A stretch of DNA of 46,476 nucleotides from Synechococcus sp. Its GTDB lineage: Bacteria; Cyanobacteriota; Cyanobacteriia; Thermostichales; PCC-7336. The notes below the pieces were generated by a model. It had not been told where the DNA came from, did not search any database, and saw only the letters and a program-made list of their open reading frames with translations. Each line of letters begins with the position of its first letter. Positions within the stretch are counted from its first letter, which is position 1. This document shows positions 29,349 to 39,574 of the stretch, in pieces. The stretch is taken from positions 1-46,476 of the forward strand of contig JBFRWD010000127.1 in the NCBI GenBank assembly GCA_051439425.1, in the 5' to 3' direction. Made by a program: the position numbers and the translations under genes.

Positions 29349-29556
29349 TGCTTCGTTTCCGTAATACCTACTCGGCTGCCAATTTTACTCTTGTTGGGGG
29401 CAAGAACCCACCCTTGCTGCAGAACGGATTGAATACCTCCCGCCTGAAGTAATGGGCATTGTCAGTGCAAACCAGTCCAGAGAAAATGTCTCTAGACGAG
29501 CACTAATTTGCAGTTATGTTCGAGGCTGTCATTCGAGATTGACAGTCGAAATCAGC

Positions 29557-30720
29557 TTACTTGCCCATGCCCAATTGCTGAGCTTTTTGGTAAACCTTGC
29601 CTTCTGTCAGCAGAGACGGAGCAATCACAACATCCACCTGCTGCATCTCTTTGATGGTGGCTGCACCCAGGGTGCCCATGCTGGTTTGCAGGGCTCCCAA
29701 CAAGTTGTGGGTGCCGTCATCCAACTTGGCAGGACCGCGCAAAATCTCTTGAATTGTGCCGGTGGTACCGACTCGGATACGAGTACCGCGAGGCAAGACG
29801 GGGCTCGGAGTCGCCATGCCCCAGTGGAAATCTCTGCCGGGGGCTTCGGCTGCACGAGCGATGGGGGAACCAATCATCACGGCATCAGCACCACAAGCAA
29901 TGCATTTACAGATATCCCCACCAGTAATAAGACCACCATCTGCAATTACGGGAATGTATCGTCCGGATTCTTTCTGATAATCGTCACGAGCTGCGGTGCA
30001 ATCACCTACGGCGGTGGCCTGAGGAACACCAACTCCCAAGACACCTCGCGACGTGCAAGCGGCTCCCGGACCGATCCCCACCAACACGGCGGCGGCTCCT
30101 GCGCGCATGAGTTCAAGCGTAACGTCGTAGGTGACGCAGTTGCCGATCGCCACCGGGATGCTCATCTCGCTACAAAAATGCTTGAGGTCAAGCGGGGATA
30201 CACCGTCCGGAGCGGTGTGGTCGGTGGATACGACGGTGGCTTGGACAAAGTACATATCGCCACCAGCTTCCGCCACCAGTGGACCGTACTTGGCAGCATT
30301 AGCGGGGGTAGAACTAGCGGCGGCAATGCCCCCCTGCTCTTTGATTTCGCGGATTCGCTGTTGGATCAGTTCTGCTTTGACAGGCTCGCTGTAAAGCTGC
30401 TGCATCAACGGAACAAATTCAGTAGGGCCAACGCTGGCAATTTTGTCCAGAATGGGCTCGGGGTCAGCATAGCGGGTTTGAATTCCATCTAGGTTGAGGA
30501 CACCAAATGCCCCCAGTTCAGAGAGCAGTACTGCCATACGAACATCAACAACCCCGTCCATCGCACTAGCGATAATGGGCACTTCTCGCTCGATGCCGCC
30601 AATGGTCCAGCGGGTATCGACCACGTTGGGATCGAGGGTGCGGTTGCCAGGGCATAGAGCAATTTCGTCGAAACCGTATGCCCGACGGGCTATTTTTCCG
30701 CGACCTAGTTGAATATCCAC
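29557..30720 (-). CDS. guaB: GuaB3-family IMP dehydrogenase (no CBS domains)
   Basis: [29 protein letters not shown] and WGMA motifs. Confidence 0.93.
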   Translation of the reverse strand: MDIQLGRGKIARRAYGFDEIALCPGNRTLDPNVVDTRWTIGGIEREVPIIASAMDGVVDVRMAVLLSELGAFGVLNLDGIQTRYADPEPILDKIASVGPTEFVPLMQQLYSEPVKAELIQQRIREIKEQGGIAAASSTPANAAKYGPLVAEAGGDMYFVQATVVSTDHTAPDGVSPLDLKHFCSEMSIPVAIGNCVTYDVTLELMRAGAAAVLVGIGPGAACTSRGVLGVGVPQATAVGDCTAARDDYQKESGRYIPVIADGGLITGGDICKCIACGADAVMIGSPIARAAEAPGRDFHWGMATPSPVLPRGTRIRVGTTGTIQEILRGPAKLDDGTHNLLGALQTSMGTLGAATIKEMQQVDVVIAPSLLTEGKVYQKAQQLGMGK

Positions 30721-30845
30721 GTTGGTGAAGAGTCCTTGAGATGCTTAACCGTCATAACAGGGTATCAAAGGGATTTTCGGAGTGTCAAAAGCAAATTCAG
30801 GCATCAATCGCAGCATCGCAGCAATATTTATATTTTCTTAATTAG

Positions 30846-31775
30846 TTAGGTGATTCCTTGTATGAAGGGAGAAATTGCTGCTACGAAGTCGCTGGTGTTT
30901 TCGTAAGGTAAGACGTTGCGGCCTGGGATAATGCAACCGGAGCCATACATCAGGCAATTTAGATAATCCCGTAGCCGATCGCTAGCTGGCTCGATCTGAC
31001 CCGTTCGTCCAATGCTGGAGGCTGCATCCCCAAATGTCACAAATGTAGGCAGAGTGAGTGAGGCCAATTGCGGGCGATAATCTTGCCGCCAAAAGCCAGC
31101 CAGGAAAGCGAATACGGCATGGCGGGAGGCCATATCTCTTGACCCTGAATGCAGAAGACTGAGCCAATCGAGATCGACGGCATCGGGGTTTGAAAACAGT
31201 TTTCGTTGGGAGAAGGATCCTAAAAAGGCTTCCCGTCTTGCATAGCGGTAGAAGCCGTTGCCCAGCACCGATTGAAAGAAGCTCCAGGCTAATTTCTGCT
31301 GCCATTCCACGGCAGGCGTCGACACAATTGACCAGGCTGGTGGTCCCGACCAAATATGTGCTTTTACTAAAGATTCGGCATCTGACAAGCTTCCGAGTTC
31401 CAGCGCCACCGGCATTAGCGCTCCTTGTGTAATCGCGATCGCCGGCTGCTGAATCACTGTTGAGATGAAGTGCTGCAACTGTTCTGCCCAGTCCAAAGGG
31501 CGGTAGGGCAATGTCGGCATATCGCTATCTCCACACCCCAACAGATCGGGGCTGTAGATAATGCGATTGGGTTCCATTTCCTGCCAGCTTTGACAGAAAC
31601 GATGCCAAAACGGACGGGCCAGTCCGACGCCAATAGGGTGGATCAGCAACAGGGGAGGGACATTGCTAGTTTCAGGGCCGTATACCTCGTAGGCACAGCG
31701 GTAGGTTTTCCATTCATAAAACCGAGTGGGTGGAATCGCAAAGGAGGCGTCCCGAGATGCAGCTGAAGATTGCAT
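30846..31775 (-). CDS. Alpha/beta hydrolase-fold protein lacking the canonical catalytic Ser and His
   Basis: LLLIHPIG and DLLGCGDSD motifs; the nucleophile elbow reads ITQGAL and the His region reads PGRNVLPYE. Confidence 0.8.
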   Translation of the reverse strand: MQSSAASRDASFAIPPTRFYEWKTYRCAYEVYGPETSNVPPLLLIHPIGVGLARPFWHRFCQSWQEMEPNRIIYSPDLLGCGDSDMPTLPYRPLDWAEQLQHFISTVIQQPAIAITQGALMPVALELGSLSDAESLVKAHIWSGPPAWSIVSTPAVEWQQKLAWSFFQSVLGNGFYRYARREAFLGSFSQRKLFSNPDAVDLDWLSLLHSGSRDMASRHAVFAFLAGFWRQDYRPQLASLTLPTFVTFGDAASSIGRTGQIEPASDRLRDYLNCLMYGSGCIIPGRNVLPYENTSDFVAAISPFIQGIT

Positions 31776-31812
31776 AATGTTTCTGTAAAGGATGCAGTAA
31801 TGAGAGATGGGA

Positions 31813-32556
31813 TTAATGGGAGATGCAGAATATATCGCTCAGGAGTTTGTCGATTAAGGGTGATAGCGCCGAGCGCGCTCGCTTCCATGCTGACGATGAT
31901 TGGGGTGACTGTAGCTGAACAAAAGGCAGCAGGTGTATTGGCCAGTTGCCTGCTAAGTCCTGAATATATCTAGGAGCGCTAGCTAACACGGGATCGTCGG
32001 CATCGAGGTCGGGGGTGTTGTAGGCGATTACAGTACCCAGCAGCAAGAGCTGGAGTTGGCGACAATAAGCAATTGACAGGGTGGTGTGATTGATGGTGCC
32101 AAGATGGGGACGGCTGACTAGCACTAGAGGTAAGTGCCATCGTTGCACGAGATCCGATATTGATAACTGAGAGGTGAGGGGAACTGCCAATCCACCGGCA
32201 CCTTCCACAACAATGACGTCACAGCACACTTTTAGCGCTTGAAAATCGCGATCGAGCACCTGTGGGTCGATGACTGCTGGCGGTGTCATATGCTCTGCGG
32301 CCAGCTGAGGGGCTGCAGGAAGAGGAAAAGCATAGCTGCAGCGAACGATCGCTCCTGGCGCTATCCGAGTAACACACTCGCAATCCGGAGATATCCATTC
32401 ATCAGGAGTGGTCTCGGATGCGAGCGCGCCACTTTGGACAGGCTTGTAATAGCCCACAGTCAGCCCGCGTTCCAGCAAAAATCGACACAGCAATGCACTG
32501 ACAACCGTCTTGCCGACATCGGTATCCGTTCCACTGACAAATACAGCCTGAGTCAT
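31813..32556 (-). CDS. bioD: Dethiobiotin synthase
   Basis: SGTDTDVGKT, YKPVQSG, VEGAGGL and LGTINHT motifs. Confidence 0.95.
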   Translation of the reverse strand: MTQAVFVSGTDTDVGKTVVSALLCRFLLERGLTVGYYKPVQSGALASETTPDEWISPDCECVTRIAPGAIVRCSYAFPLPAAPQLAAEHMTPPAVIDPQVLDRDFQALKVCCDVIVVEGAGGLAVPLTSQLSISDLVQRWHLPLVLVSRPHLGTINHTTLSIAYCRQLQLLLLGTVIAYNTPDLDADDPVLASAPRYIQDLAGNWPIHLLPFVQLQSPQSSSAWKRARSALSPLIDKLLSDIFCISH

Positions 32557-32586
32557 AGAAATGCCTGACGATCGCGCAATCGGAGC

Positions 32587-33114
32587 TTAACCGTGACTGC
32601 GAGGTTGAGTACTATCCCCAATGGGGGCCTCAAAGCTAGATACTTGGCCGGCAGTGCTGGCATTGGCCAGGGGTAAGCGATCGCGCAAAGCCGTTAAGTT
32701 ATTTGCCAATACAACTTTGGGCTGCTCACCGATTGTCGTACTCAACGACTGACCGCTCTCATCCAGAAACTCAAAATGGGGTATGCCGTTGACTCGATAG
32801 TTAGTCAGCTCTGGCAGCCACTTCGTATTGTCTACATTCAGCATGACAAAATTGATGTCCCCGGCGAACGCCTCTTCCAGCTCTCCGACCGTAGGGGCCA
32901 TCTGTCGACAACTGGTACACCAATCGGCATAGAACTCGATCAACGTAGGCTTGCCATTCGTCTGGGCGACTTCTAGCGGAACTGACTGTTGAGCTAGCGA
33001 TTGTAAGCTGATTTGTTCCCCTTGAAATTGGGACGCGAAAAATAGCCCCAATCCCAGCAGGATAGCCGCTGCCGCGATCGCACCATTTCGCACTTTCTCT
33101 GAAATCTTCGTCAA
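32587..33114 (-). CDS. Membrane-anchored thioredoxin-like protein (TxlA/HCF164 type)
   Basis: N-terminal TM helix, EFYADWCTSC, NFVMLNVDN, GIPHF and C-terminal QPRSHG; TTG start at 33114 is inferred. Confidence 0.85.
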   Translation of the reverse strand: MTKISEKVRNGAIAAAAILLGLGLFFASQFQGEQISLQSLAQQSVPLEVAQTNGKPTLIEFYADWCTSCRQMAPTVGELEEAFAGDINFVMLNVDNTKWLPELTNYRVNGIPHFEFLDESGQSLSTTIGEQPKVVLANNLTALRDRLPLANASTAGQVSSFEAPIGDSTQPRSHG

Positions 33115-33630
33115 AAACAGGTGCCAGAACTCAACACTACCTAGTATGTCACTGTCAGTCTGCCGACAGTAGTGGGCACCATATTCGGGCATGCAAGTAT
33201 TGCAGGTGCTTGGGGTTTATCGGTGCAAGTGGACGGCAATGGTTTTGGCTTCTATTGAGGAACTGGGTAGACGCTTGAGCCATTAACTGTGTCCTTACCT
33301 AATTTGTCGGTAGGCTGAGAGAGGGGGGCGGCGGCTATCTTGAGAGCGCCGCAGATGCCTGGAGGCTAGTGCGGCACTAGATGTTTGATCTGATGTTTAG
33401 TTTTATTTTGAACGTCTCCGTAGCTAGTTCTAATCTGTAGTGTCGACACTCATCAAGTCTGTTGAATTTAGAATAGCGCTCGATTCAGAATAGGTTGGTT
33501 GCATGGATAGATATTTCCCGCCAGCACTACAGATCGGTCGATAAGCATGATTGAATTTTCTTCTACTTGTTTTGTTGGATGTCACTGTTGTTGTCCCTGA
33601 TTTAGCTCCTTCGAGGCTCCCGTTCATCCC

Positions 33631-36111
33631 GTGAAAATTCTGCTAGTTGAAAACGACTCGTATTTAGCTGAACGCCTGGAAACAGCGTTGTCTAAAGAGA
33701 ACTATGTGGTCGATCTAGCCCAGACTGCCTCCGAAGCGGAGGGATTTGTTGACACCTTAGAGTACGACTTGGTGCTGACGGAGGTTGCCCGCCCCCGCAT
33801 TGATGGCATTTGGCTGTGCAAACAATTACGTTCCCAAGGGAAGCACATGCCCATCATGTTGCTGACCGATGAGGGAGATGCAGAACGACAACTAGCAGGA
33901 TTGGATGCAGGAGCAGACGATTACGTGGTCAGTCCATGCGATCTCTCCGAATTGATGGCCCGAATTCGTGCTCTACTGCGGCGGGGCAGTGCTGCACTGA
34001 TGGAAGTCCTAGAGTGGAGAGCCCTCTCTCTAGATACGGGCTCTTGTGAAGTGACCTACGATGGCTTCTCAATTGGATTAACCCGTAAGGAATACGGAAT
34101 TTTAGAGTTGTTTATGCGCAACACTCGTCGCATTTACAGCCAAAGCGCCTTGCTTGACTTGCTGTGGTCGTTTGAAGAACCCCCTGGAGAAAACACGGTT
34201 CGAGCCCACATAAAAAGTTTGCGCCAAAAGCTCAAACGGGCTGGAGTTCCGTCTGACTTTATTGAGACAGTGTATGGAATGGGGTACCGCTTGCGCCAGC
34301 CTCCGGAAGGCGAATTAGCCACACTCTCTGTTCATTCTTCAGCAGCATCTGGCCCATCGTCCGCAGGAATAGGTTCCTCGGAAACAGCGGCCGATCCTTC
34401 GTCCGCAGAAGTCACCTCCTCCGATGCGCAGCTTGCTTCATTGTCCGACAGCACAAAAGAATTCGTTATTCCCGAACGTTTGGACCCAGAGTTAGCCGAT
34501 ATCTGGGAGCAAGCGCAGACCCATATCCAAGAACGATTGAGCACTATTGAACAAGCGATCGCCGCTATCAGGTCACAATCCCTCTCTCCTCAACAGCACC
34601 AAGAAGCTCATCGCGAAGCTCATACATTAGTCGGGTCGCTAGGAGCACTGGGTTTATCGCGCAGCTCGCAACTCATCCGAACAGTACAGCAATGTTTGCG
34701 TCCCGATCGCCCCCTAGATTCCTCCGCGATCGTGCGGCTTGAACAGTCTTTCAGCCAGCTGACAATTGCTCTGACACAACTGGTAGTCGAACCGACCCAA
34801 AACGCTAACAAGTCTGCCACTTCTGCGTCTCCAGCCGTGACGTCTAGTCCTTCGGCGGCTCGACCTGTTATCCCGCGCTCAATTCAAGAGGAAGCAGACA
34901 ATGGCAATCAACTGCTAATTGTCGATGATGATGTCGATCTGGCCGCCTTGGTCAGCTTGGAAGCCAGTAAGTGGGGCATTCAGACCTATACCGCTGACAG
35001 TATTGCAGTGGCTCGACAAGCGATCGCTCAGCAACCTCCCGATGTGGTGCTGTTGGATTTAGGTTTTCCCGATTCAGCAGACAGCGGCTTTACCCTGTTG
35101 GAGGAGTTGGCCACCCATAATACAAATATTCCGGTGGTTGTGTTTACCGCTTCGGAAGATTTTGCTACGCGCGTAAAGGTGGCGCGGTTAGGGGGGCAAG
35201 CATTCTTGCAGAAGCCTGTCTTGCCTCGTCAGGTGCTTGAGGCAATCTCCCAAATTTTGGAACAGGGAAAGGAAGCTGATGCCAAAGTAGTGGTGGTAGA
35301 TACCGACCCGCGTACGCTCGATCTCGTGCGCACGGTGCTGCAACCATGGGGATTTCAGCTCATTTTGGTTGACGACCCCGCTCAGTTTTGGACAACGTTA
35401 GTTGCGGCCAATCCCGACCTGCTTATTCTGGCCAGTAGTATGCCCGATATTGATGGTCTCGATCTCTGTCAGGTGGTGCGCAACGATCCGCAGTGGGGCT
35501 CGCTGCCCGTGCTGTTTTTGGCAGATAGCAATGGAGCGACTGACATCAACAGCCTGTTTGCAGCAGGTGGAAGCGATTACGTTCGTAAGCCAATTACAGA
35601 ACCGGAATTGGTGGCGCGAGTCCTGGCACAACTGGAACGGTCGCCGGGAAGCGGCCACCGAGACAACCTCGATCCGGTGACAGGGGTGATGGGACGACGA
35701 CGCTCGCTGCGGGAATTTTCTCGTTTGTTGTATCTCGCCAGTCGCCATCATCAACCGCTGAGCTTAGTGGCGGTCAAGGTGAATAACCTAGCTGATATCG
35801 AGCAGCGATTGGGCCAGACCGTCAGCCATCAAGTGCTAAAGCAGGTGGCGGATGAGTTGCAGAACAACTTGCGACAGGAGGATATCGTCGCTCGGTGGGA
35901 GACAGACACATTTGCGGTCTGCGCGTATGACATGGATCGGTTTAACGGTATCCGGAGGCTGACCTCGATTTTAGGGCGTTTACACATTCAGTCGGACGGG
36001 CAAGAGGAGGTCAAGGCCAGACTCAGTTGCGGTATTGCAGAATATGGAGATCGTGGTCAGGACTTGTACAGCCTGTATCGGTCAGCGACTCAAGACTTAA
36101 CGGTGATCTAA
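33631..36111 (+). CDS. Multidomain response regulator REC-wHTH(OmpR)-HPt-REC-REC-degenerate GGDEF
   Basis: GADDYV, LTRKEY..LE and IETVYGMGYRL (OmpR); AHTLVGSLG (HPt); LLIVDDD..VLLD (REC); DPVTGV..RQEDIVARWETDTF (GGDEF-like). Confidence 0.88.
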   Translation: MKILLVENDSYLAERLETALSKENYVVDLAQTASEAEGFVDTLEYDLVLTEVARPRIDGIWLCKQLRSQGKHMPIMLLTDEGDAERQLAGLDAGADDYVVSPCDLSELMARIRALLRRGSAALMEVLEWRALSLDTGSCEVTYDGFSIGLTRKEYGILELFMRNTRRIYSQSALLDLLWSFEEPPGENTVRAHIKSLRQKLKRAGVPSDFIETVYGMGYRLRQPPEGELATLSVHSSAASGPSSAGIGSSETAADPSSAEVTSSDAQLASLSDSTKEFVIPERLDPELADIWEQAQTHIQERLSTIEQAIAAIRSQSLSPQQHQEAHREAHTLVGSLGALGLSRSSQLIRTVQQCLRPDRPLDSSAIVRLEQSFSQLTIALTQLVVEPTQNANKSATSASPAVTSSPSAARPVIPRSIQEEADNGNQLLIVDDDVDLAALVSLEASKWGIQTYTADSIAVARQAIAQQPPDVVLLDLGFPDSADSGFTLLEELATHNTNIPVVVFTASEDFATRVKVARLGGQAFLQKPVLPRQVLEAISQILEQGKEADAKVVVVDTDPRTLDLVRTVLQPWGFQLILVDDPAQFWTTLVAANPDLLILASSMPDIDGLDLCQVVRNDPQWGSLPVLFLADSNGATDINSLFAAGGSDYVRKPITEPELVARVLAQLERSPGSGHRDNLDPVTGVMGRRRSLREFSRLLYLASRHHQPLSLVAVKVNNLADIEQRLGQTVSHQVLKQVADELQNNLRQEDIVARWETDTFAVCAYDMDRFNGIRRLTSILGRLHIQSDGQEEVKARLSCGIAEYGDRGQDLYSLYRSATQDLTVI

Positions 36112-36638
36112 GCGGTGCCCCAAGGAACTATTGCTTCGTTTATCAGCTATTAATATAGCCAAGCCCACTATCAACTCTTACCCGGGCCAGGGTCATACAT
36201 CCAGGTCACTATGTGCTGCTCAACGACACCTATTTATGGCTTTGGACATACCCACTACAAACATTGCAGCTACGTTCAACCCTAACTGTGAGGGGGAACC
36301 TTTGCCCTGGCTGACATGGCGAACACTACATGAACTAAACTCTTACAGCAGTGAACCTCTTTAGATTTTCTCTATCACGGCTGGCCGTCAATTTGTTAAT
36401 CTCGTAACATAAGTAAAAGAATTCCTCTGGCAACATGGGATCGGTTACTGAATGGTGATGGCTGTTGATGGGCTACTGAGGGTCTCGGTACGCATGCAGT
36501 TCTAACTTGGGTAACTGGATATCAATGCTTTGCCCTTTTTTTGCAAAGGACCGTTATTTCTGTCCGAGTTTAAAACCATCTGATTTCACATACGAGTATT
36601 AATCCGATTGCTCCGCCGATTCTCTCCTCCGCTCGTGG

Positions 36639-37814
36639 ATGGGGGTTGGCACCTACTCTTCAGACATGAGGATTGACTCAGTGGCTACATCTCGATTGCG
36701 CGTTGGTATTATCGGTGCCGGTTCCTCAGGCGTTTATCTAGCGCACCTGCTGTCTCGGTTCAATATCAACGTCACACTGTTCGAGCGTTCGGCCTATCCG
36801 CGTGCCGAGGGCTGCGGTATCTTGCTGGTGTCCTCCGGGATGGAGGCGTTGTTCAAGGGAGATGAACGACTTTGTAGTTCAATCGTGAATTCTGGGGCAG
36901 TTGCTCGCAGGTATGAGTTTCGAAACATGCGCGATCGCGTGGTCAACACTCATATTGCTGAATACGAGCAGGACGAGCATCCCAGTGTGTTAGTTCACCG
37001 CGGCAAAATTTTAGAGGCTTTGCTCGCACTTCTAGATTCAAGCTGCTTGCAAACCAACGCGCAGCTTGTCTCAGTCACTCAAACAGACGCAGATGTCACA
37101 GCTCATTTTGCAGATGGTCGCCGATGGACTGGTGACGTCTTGATAGGTGCTGACGGCATTTTCTCGACTGTGCGTGAATCGATTGTTCCCAATGTGCGCC
37201 CCCGCTACTTGGGGGATGTTGTTTGGCGCGGAATCGTCCCCGACACTGAATTTTGTCAGGACGGTAACTTCATTGTCTACATGCGTAGTCGCGGTGTATA
37301 CGCTAACTTTTTTGACTTAGGAGGTGGGTACACCCACTGGGGGTTCTTTATCGAACAAGAACAGTCGGGAGACGATTGCGATCGCTCCGTTCCTCTGGAT
37401 GTTTCTCTGCCGGTGGAGGAATTGGCTAAAATCCCCGATGCTCCACGCAGAATTATTGAGGGCACTAACCCCACCGATATCAAGTGTCGATTCTCCTACG
37501 ACTTGGATATGCTTCCCTCCATTTGCAACAACCGGATTGTGTTGATTGGCGATGCGGCCCATGCAAAGAGTCCTACCCGCGCTCGCGGCATGACCTCAGG
37601 CCTGGAAGATGCTCTGTCTCTAGCACGCTACATTGTCGAGAGCACTCCGGACGCTATCCAGCAAAGTTTGCTTGACTTCCAATCCGAGCGATTACCCATC
37701 AATCACGAATACCAACGCAGTAGCCGCGAAATCAGCCGCAAAGTGGGGCGCAAACGTCCCTTGCCAGGCTCTGCTATGGCCACTAAAACTGCCATCTCTC
37801 AAGCGCTTGAGTGA
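36639..37814 (+). CDS. FAD-dependent monooxygenase (class A flavoprotein, UbiH/salicylate hydroxylase-like)
   Basis: IIGAGSSG, LIGADGIFSTVR and LIGDAAH motifs; start uncertain (36639/36666/36681). Confidence 0.88.
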   Translation: MGVGTYSSDMRIDSVATSRLRVGIIGAGSSGVYLAHLLSRFNINVTLFERSAYPRAEGCGILLVSSGMEALFKGDERLCSSIVNSGAVARRYEFRNMRDRVVNTHIAEYEQDEHPSVLVHRGKILEALLALLDSSCLQTNAQLVSVTQTDADVTAHFADGRRWTGDVLIGADGIFSTVRESIVPNVRPRYLGDVVWRGIVPDTEFCQDGNFIVYMRSRGVYANFFDLGGGYTHWGFFIEQEQSGDDCDRSVPLDVSLPVEELAKIPDAPRRIIEGTNPTDIKCRFSYDLDMLPSICNNRIVLIGDAAHAKSPTRARGMTSGLEDALSLARYIVESTPDAIQQSLLDFQSERLPINHEYQRSSREISRKVGRKRPLPGSAMATKTAISQALE

Positions 37815-37918
37815 GAGCTGTTCCCGCAGTATTCGGGATAGCCTACTCAATAGAAATCGTTTGCAGGCTCCCAGGATAGTCCCTACTTCCCTGACACTTG
37901 ATTGGAGTTCAATCGTCC

Positions 37919-38422
37919 ATGCTTACTCCACCCGTGGTTCCTCCCGTTACTCGCAACGAAAGTGGAGTTCCCACAGCCTTTTTACGCCATTGCGGCACTT
38001 GGGAAGGAACAGCAAGACGAGTGAGCCCTACAGGGGAGTTACTGGATTCCCATCTAGTTCGGGTTCAAATTGAGATTGACGATAGCGGTTACGTACAGAC
38101 AAATACTGTTCGGAGCGGGACTCCTCGTGAAGTAACGGCCTCTTACTACGGACAGTTTGAGAATGGCGTTCTCGTTTTTCCTCTGACGGATGAAGTCTAC
38201 ACATTAGGTGGCGATAAAGCTGCTGCGTTCTCCGGAACGGCTTGGGCACTGACAGACGATCTGATTCTTTATCAAGGCAGTCGTACCTTGAATGGCAAGC
38301 AGACGTCCTATAACGAGGTCATTGCGTTTGAAGGAAGCGATCGCCGTATTCGCACCACCCAACTGTTCGAGGATGGTAACTACAAACTTGTCACGATGAT
38401 TGACGAAATTCGAGTGTCTTAA
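37919..38422 (+). CDS. Calycin-like beta-barrel protein (DUF3598-like)
   Basis: GTWEG motif near the N-terminus, alternating beta-strand pattern, RIRTTQ..IDEIRV end; GGAG Shine-Dalgarno. Confidence 0.6.
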   Translation: MLTPPVVPPVTRNESGVPTAFLRHCGTWEGTARRVSPTGELLDSHLVRVQIEIDDSGYVQTNTVRSGTPREVTASYYGQFENGVLVFPLTDEVYTLGGDKAAAFSGTAWALTDDLILYQGSRTLNGKQTSYNEVIAFEGSDRRIRTTQLFEDGNYKLVTMIDEIRVS

Positions 38423-38442
38423 ACCACCGAGATTTCTGAAAT

Positions 38443-38482
38443 AGGACAAAGGAGCGGGTTTTGAAACCCACTCCTTTGTCCT
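38443..38482. terminator. Long hairpin, bidirectional terminator between the beta-barrel gene and pdhB
   Basis: AGGACAAAGGAGCGGGTTT tg AAACCCACTCCTTTGTCCT. Confidence 0.8.
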
Positions 38483-38511
38483 GAATGAAATGAAGAGTTG
38501 AACTTGGAGGA

Positions 38512-39495
38512 CTAAACCGCCACCATTAACATCTCTTCCACTTTGGTAATCACGTCTTCAGGCTGCACGATTGTTGCATTCTCCAACGTGCCATTGTAAG
38601 GAGTAGGAATATCTTGAGACGCCAAGCGCGCAACAGGTGCATCCAGCTCATCAAACAATTCTTCCATAATTCGGGAGCTGAGTTCGGAGCCGATCGCCCC
38701 AGACTTCATGCCCTCTTCGACGATGAGTACGCGGTGGGTTTTGCGAACGGATTCCCCGATGGTCTCCATATCTAGAGGCTTCAGAGAAATCAGGTCAATA
38801 ACTTCAGGATCGATTTCATTGGCCACCAGCGTTTCGACAGCCTTCATGACGTGATAGCGCATGCGGGAGTAGGTCAGGATGGTGATGTCCTTGCCCGGAC
38901 GCACGATTTCCGCTTTATCCAGAGGACAGAGATACTCCTCTTCGGGAAGGTCTTCCTTCAAGTTGTAGAGCAGAACGTGCTCGAAGAACAACACAGGGTT
39001 ATCATCTCGAATCGCAGCTTTCAACAATCCTTTGGCATTGTAAGGGGTGGAGCAAGCTACCATTTTCAAACCGGGAACGGCCTGGAAATAAGACTCCAAA
39101 CGCTGGGAGTGCTCGGCCCCCAGATTACGACCCACGCCACCGGGACCGCGAATCACCATCGGCACTTTGAAGTTCCCGCCGGAGGTGTAACGTAACATGC
39201 CCGCGTTGTTGGAAATTTGGTTGAAGGCCAGCAGCAAGAAGCCCATGTTCATGCCTTCCACAATCGGGCGTAAGCCCGTCATTGCCGCCCCTACCGCCAT
39301 GCCCATGAAGCTGTTTTCCGCGATCGGAGTATCCAGCAATCTCAGGTCGCCGTACTTCTTGTACAAGTCCTTGGTAACTTTGTAGGACCCGCCGTAATGG
39401 CCAACATCCTCACCGAGAACAAAGACATTGCGATCGCGAGCCATCTCTTCATCGGTCGCTTCGCGAAGGGCGTTGAATAAAAACGTTTCTGCCAT
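38512..39495 (-). CDS. pdhB: Pyruvate dehydrogenase E1 beta subunit
   Basis: [26 protein letters not shown] and FFEHVLLY motifs. Confidence 0.97.
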   Translation of the reverse strand: MAETFLFNALREATDEEMARDRNVFVLGEDVGHYGGSYKVTKDLYKKYGDLRLLDTPIAENSFMGMAVGAAMTGLRPIVEGMNMGFLLLAFNQISNNAGMLRYTSGGNFKVPMVIRGPGGVGRNLGAEHSQRLESYFQAVPGLKMVACSTPYNAKGLLKAAIRDDNPVLFFEHVLLYNLKEDLPEEEYLCPLDKAEIVRPGKDITILTYSRMRYHVMKAVETLVANEIDPEVIDLISLKPLDMETIGESVRKTHRVLIVEEGMKSGAIGSELSSRIMEELFDELDAPVARLASQDIPTPYNGTLENATIVQPEDVITKVEEMLMVAV

Positions 39496-39574
39496 GATCT
39501 TGACTCAAAAAACTGTTGCAGGAGATAGGGAGACTGGCACGCAGTCAAACATTGATGGGTGATAAAGTCGTCGC

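Noticed and set aside
29452..30492. 346-aa plus-strand ORF
   Set aside because: Antisense shadow of the well-conserved guaB3; no recognisable motifs.
36131..36364. 77-aa ORF after the response regulator
   Set aside because: TTG start, no clear Shine-Dalgarno and no recognisable features.
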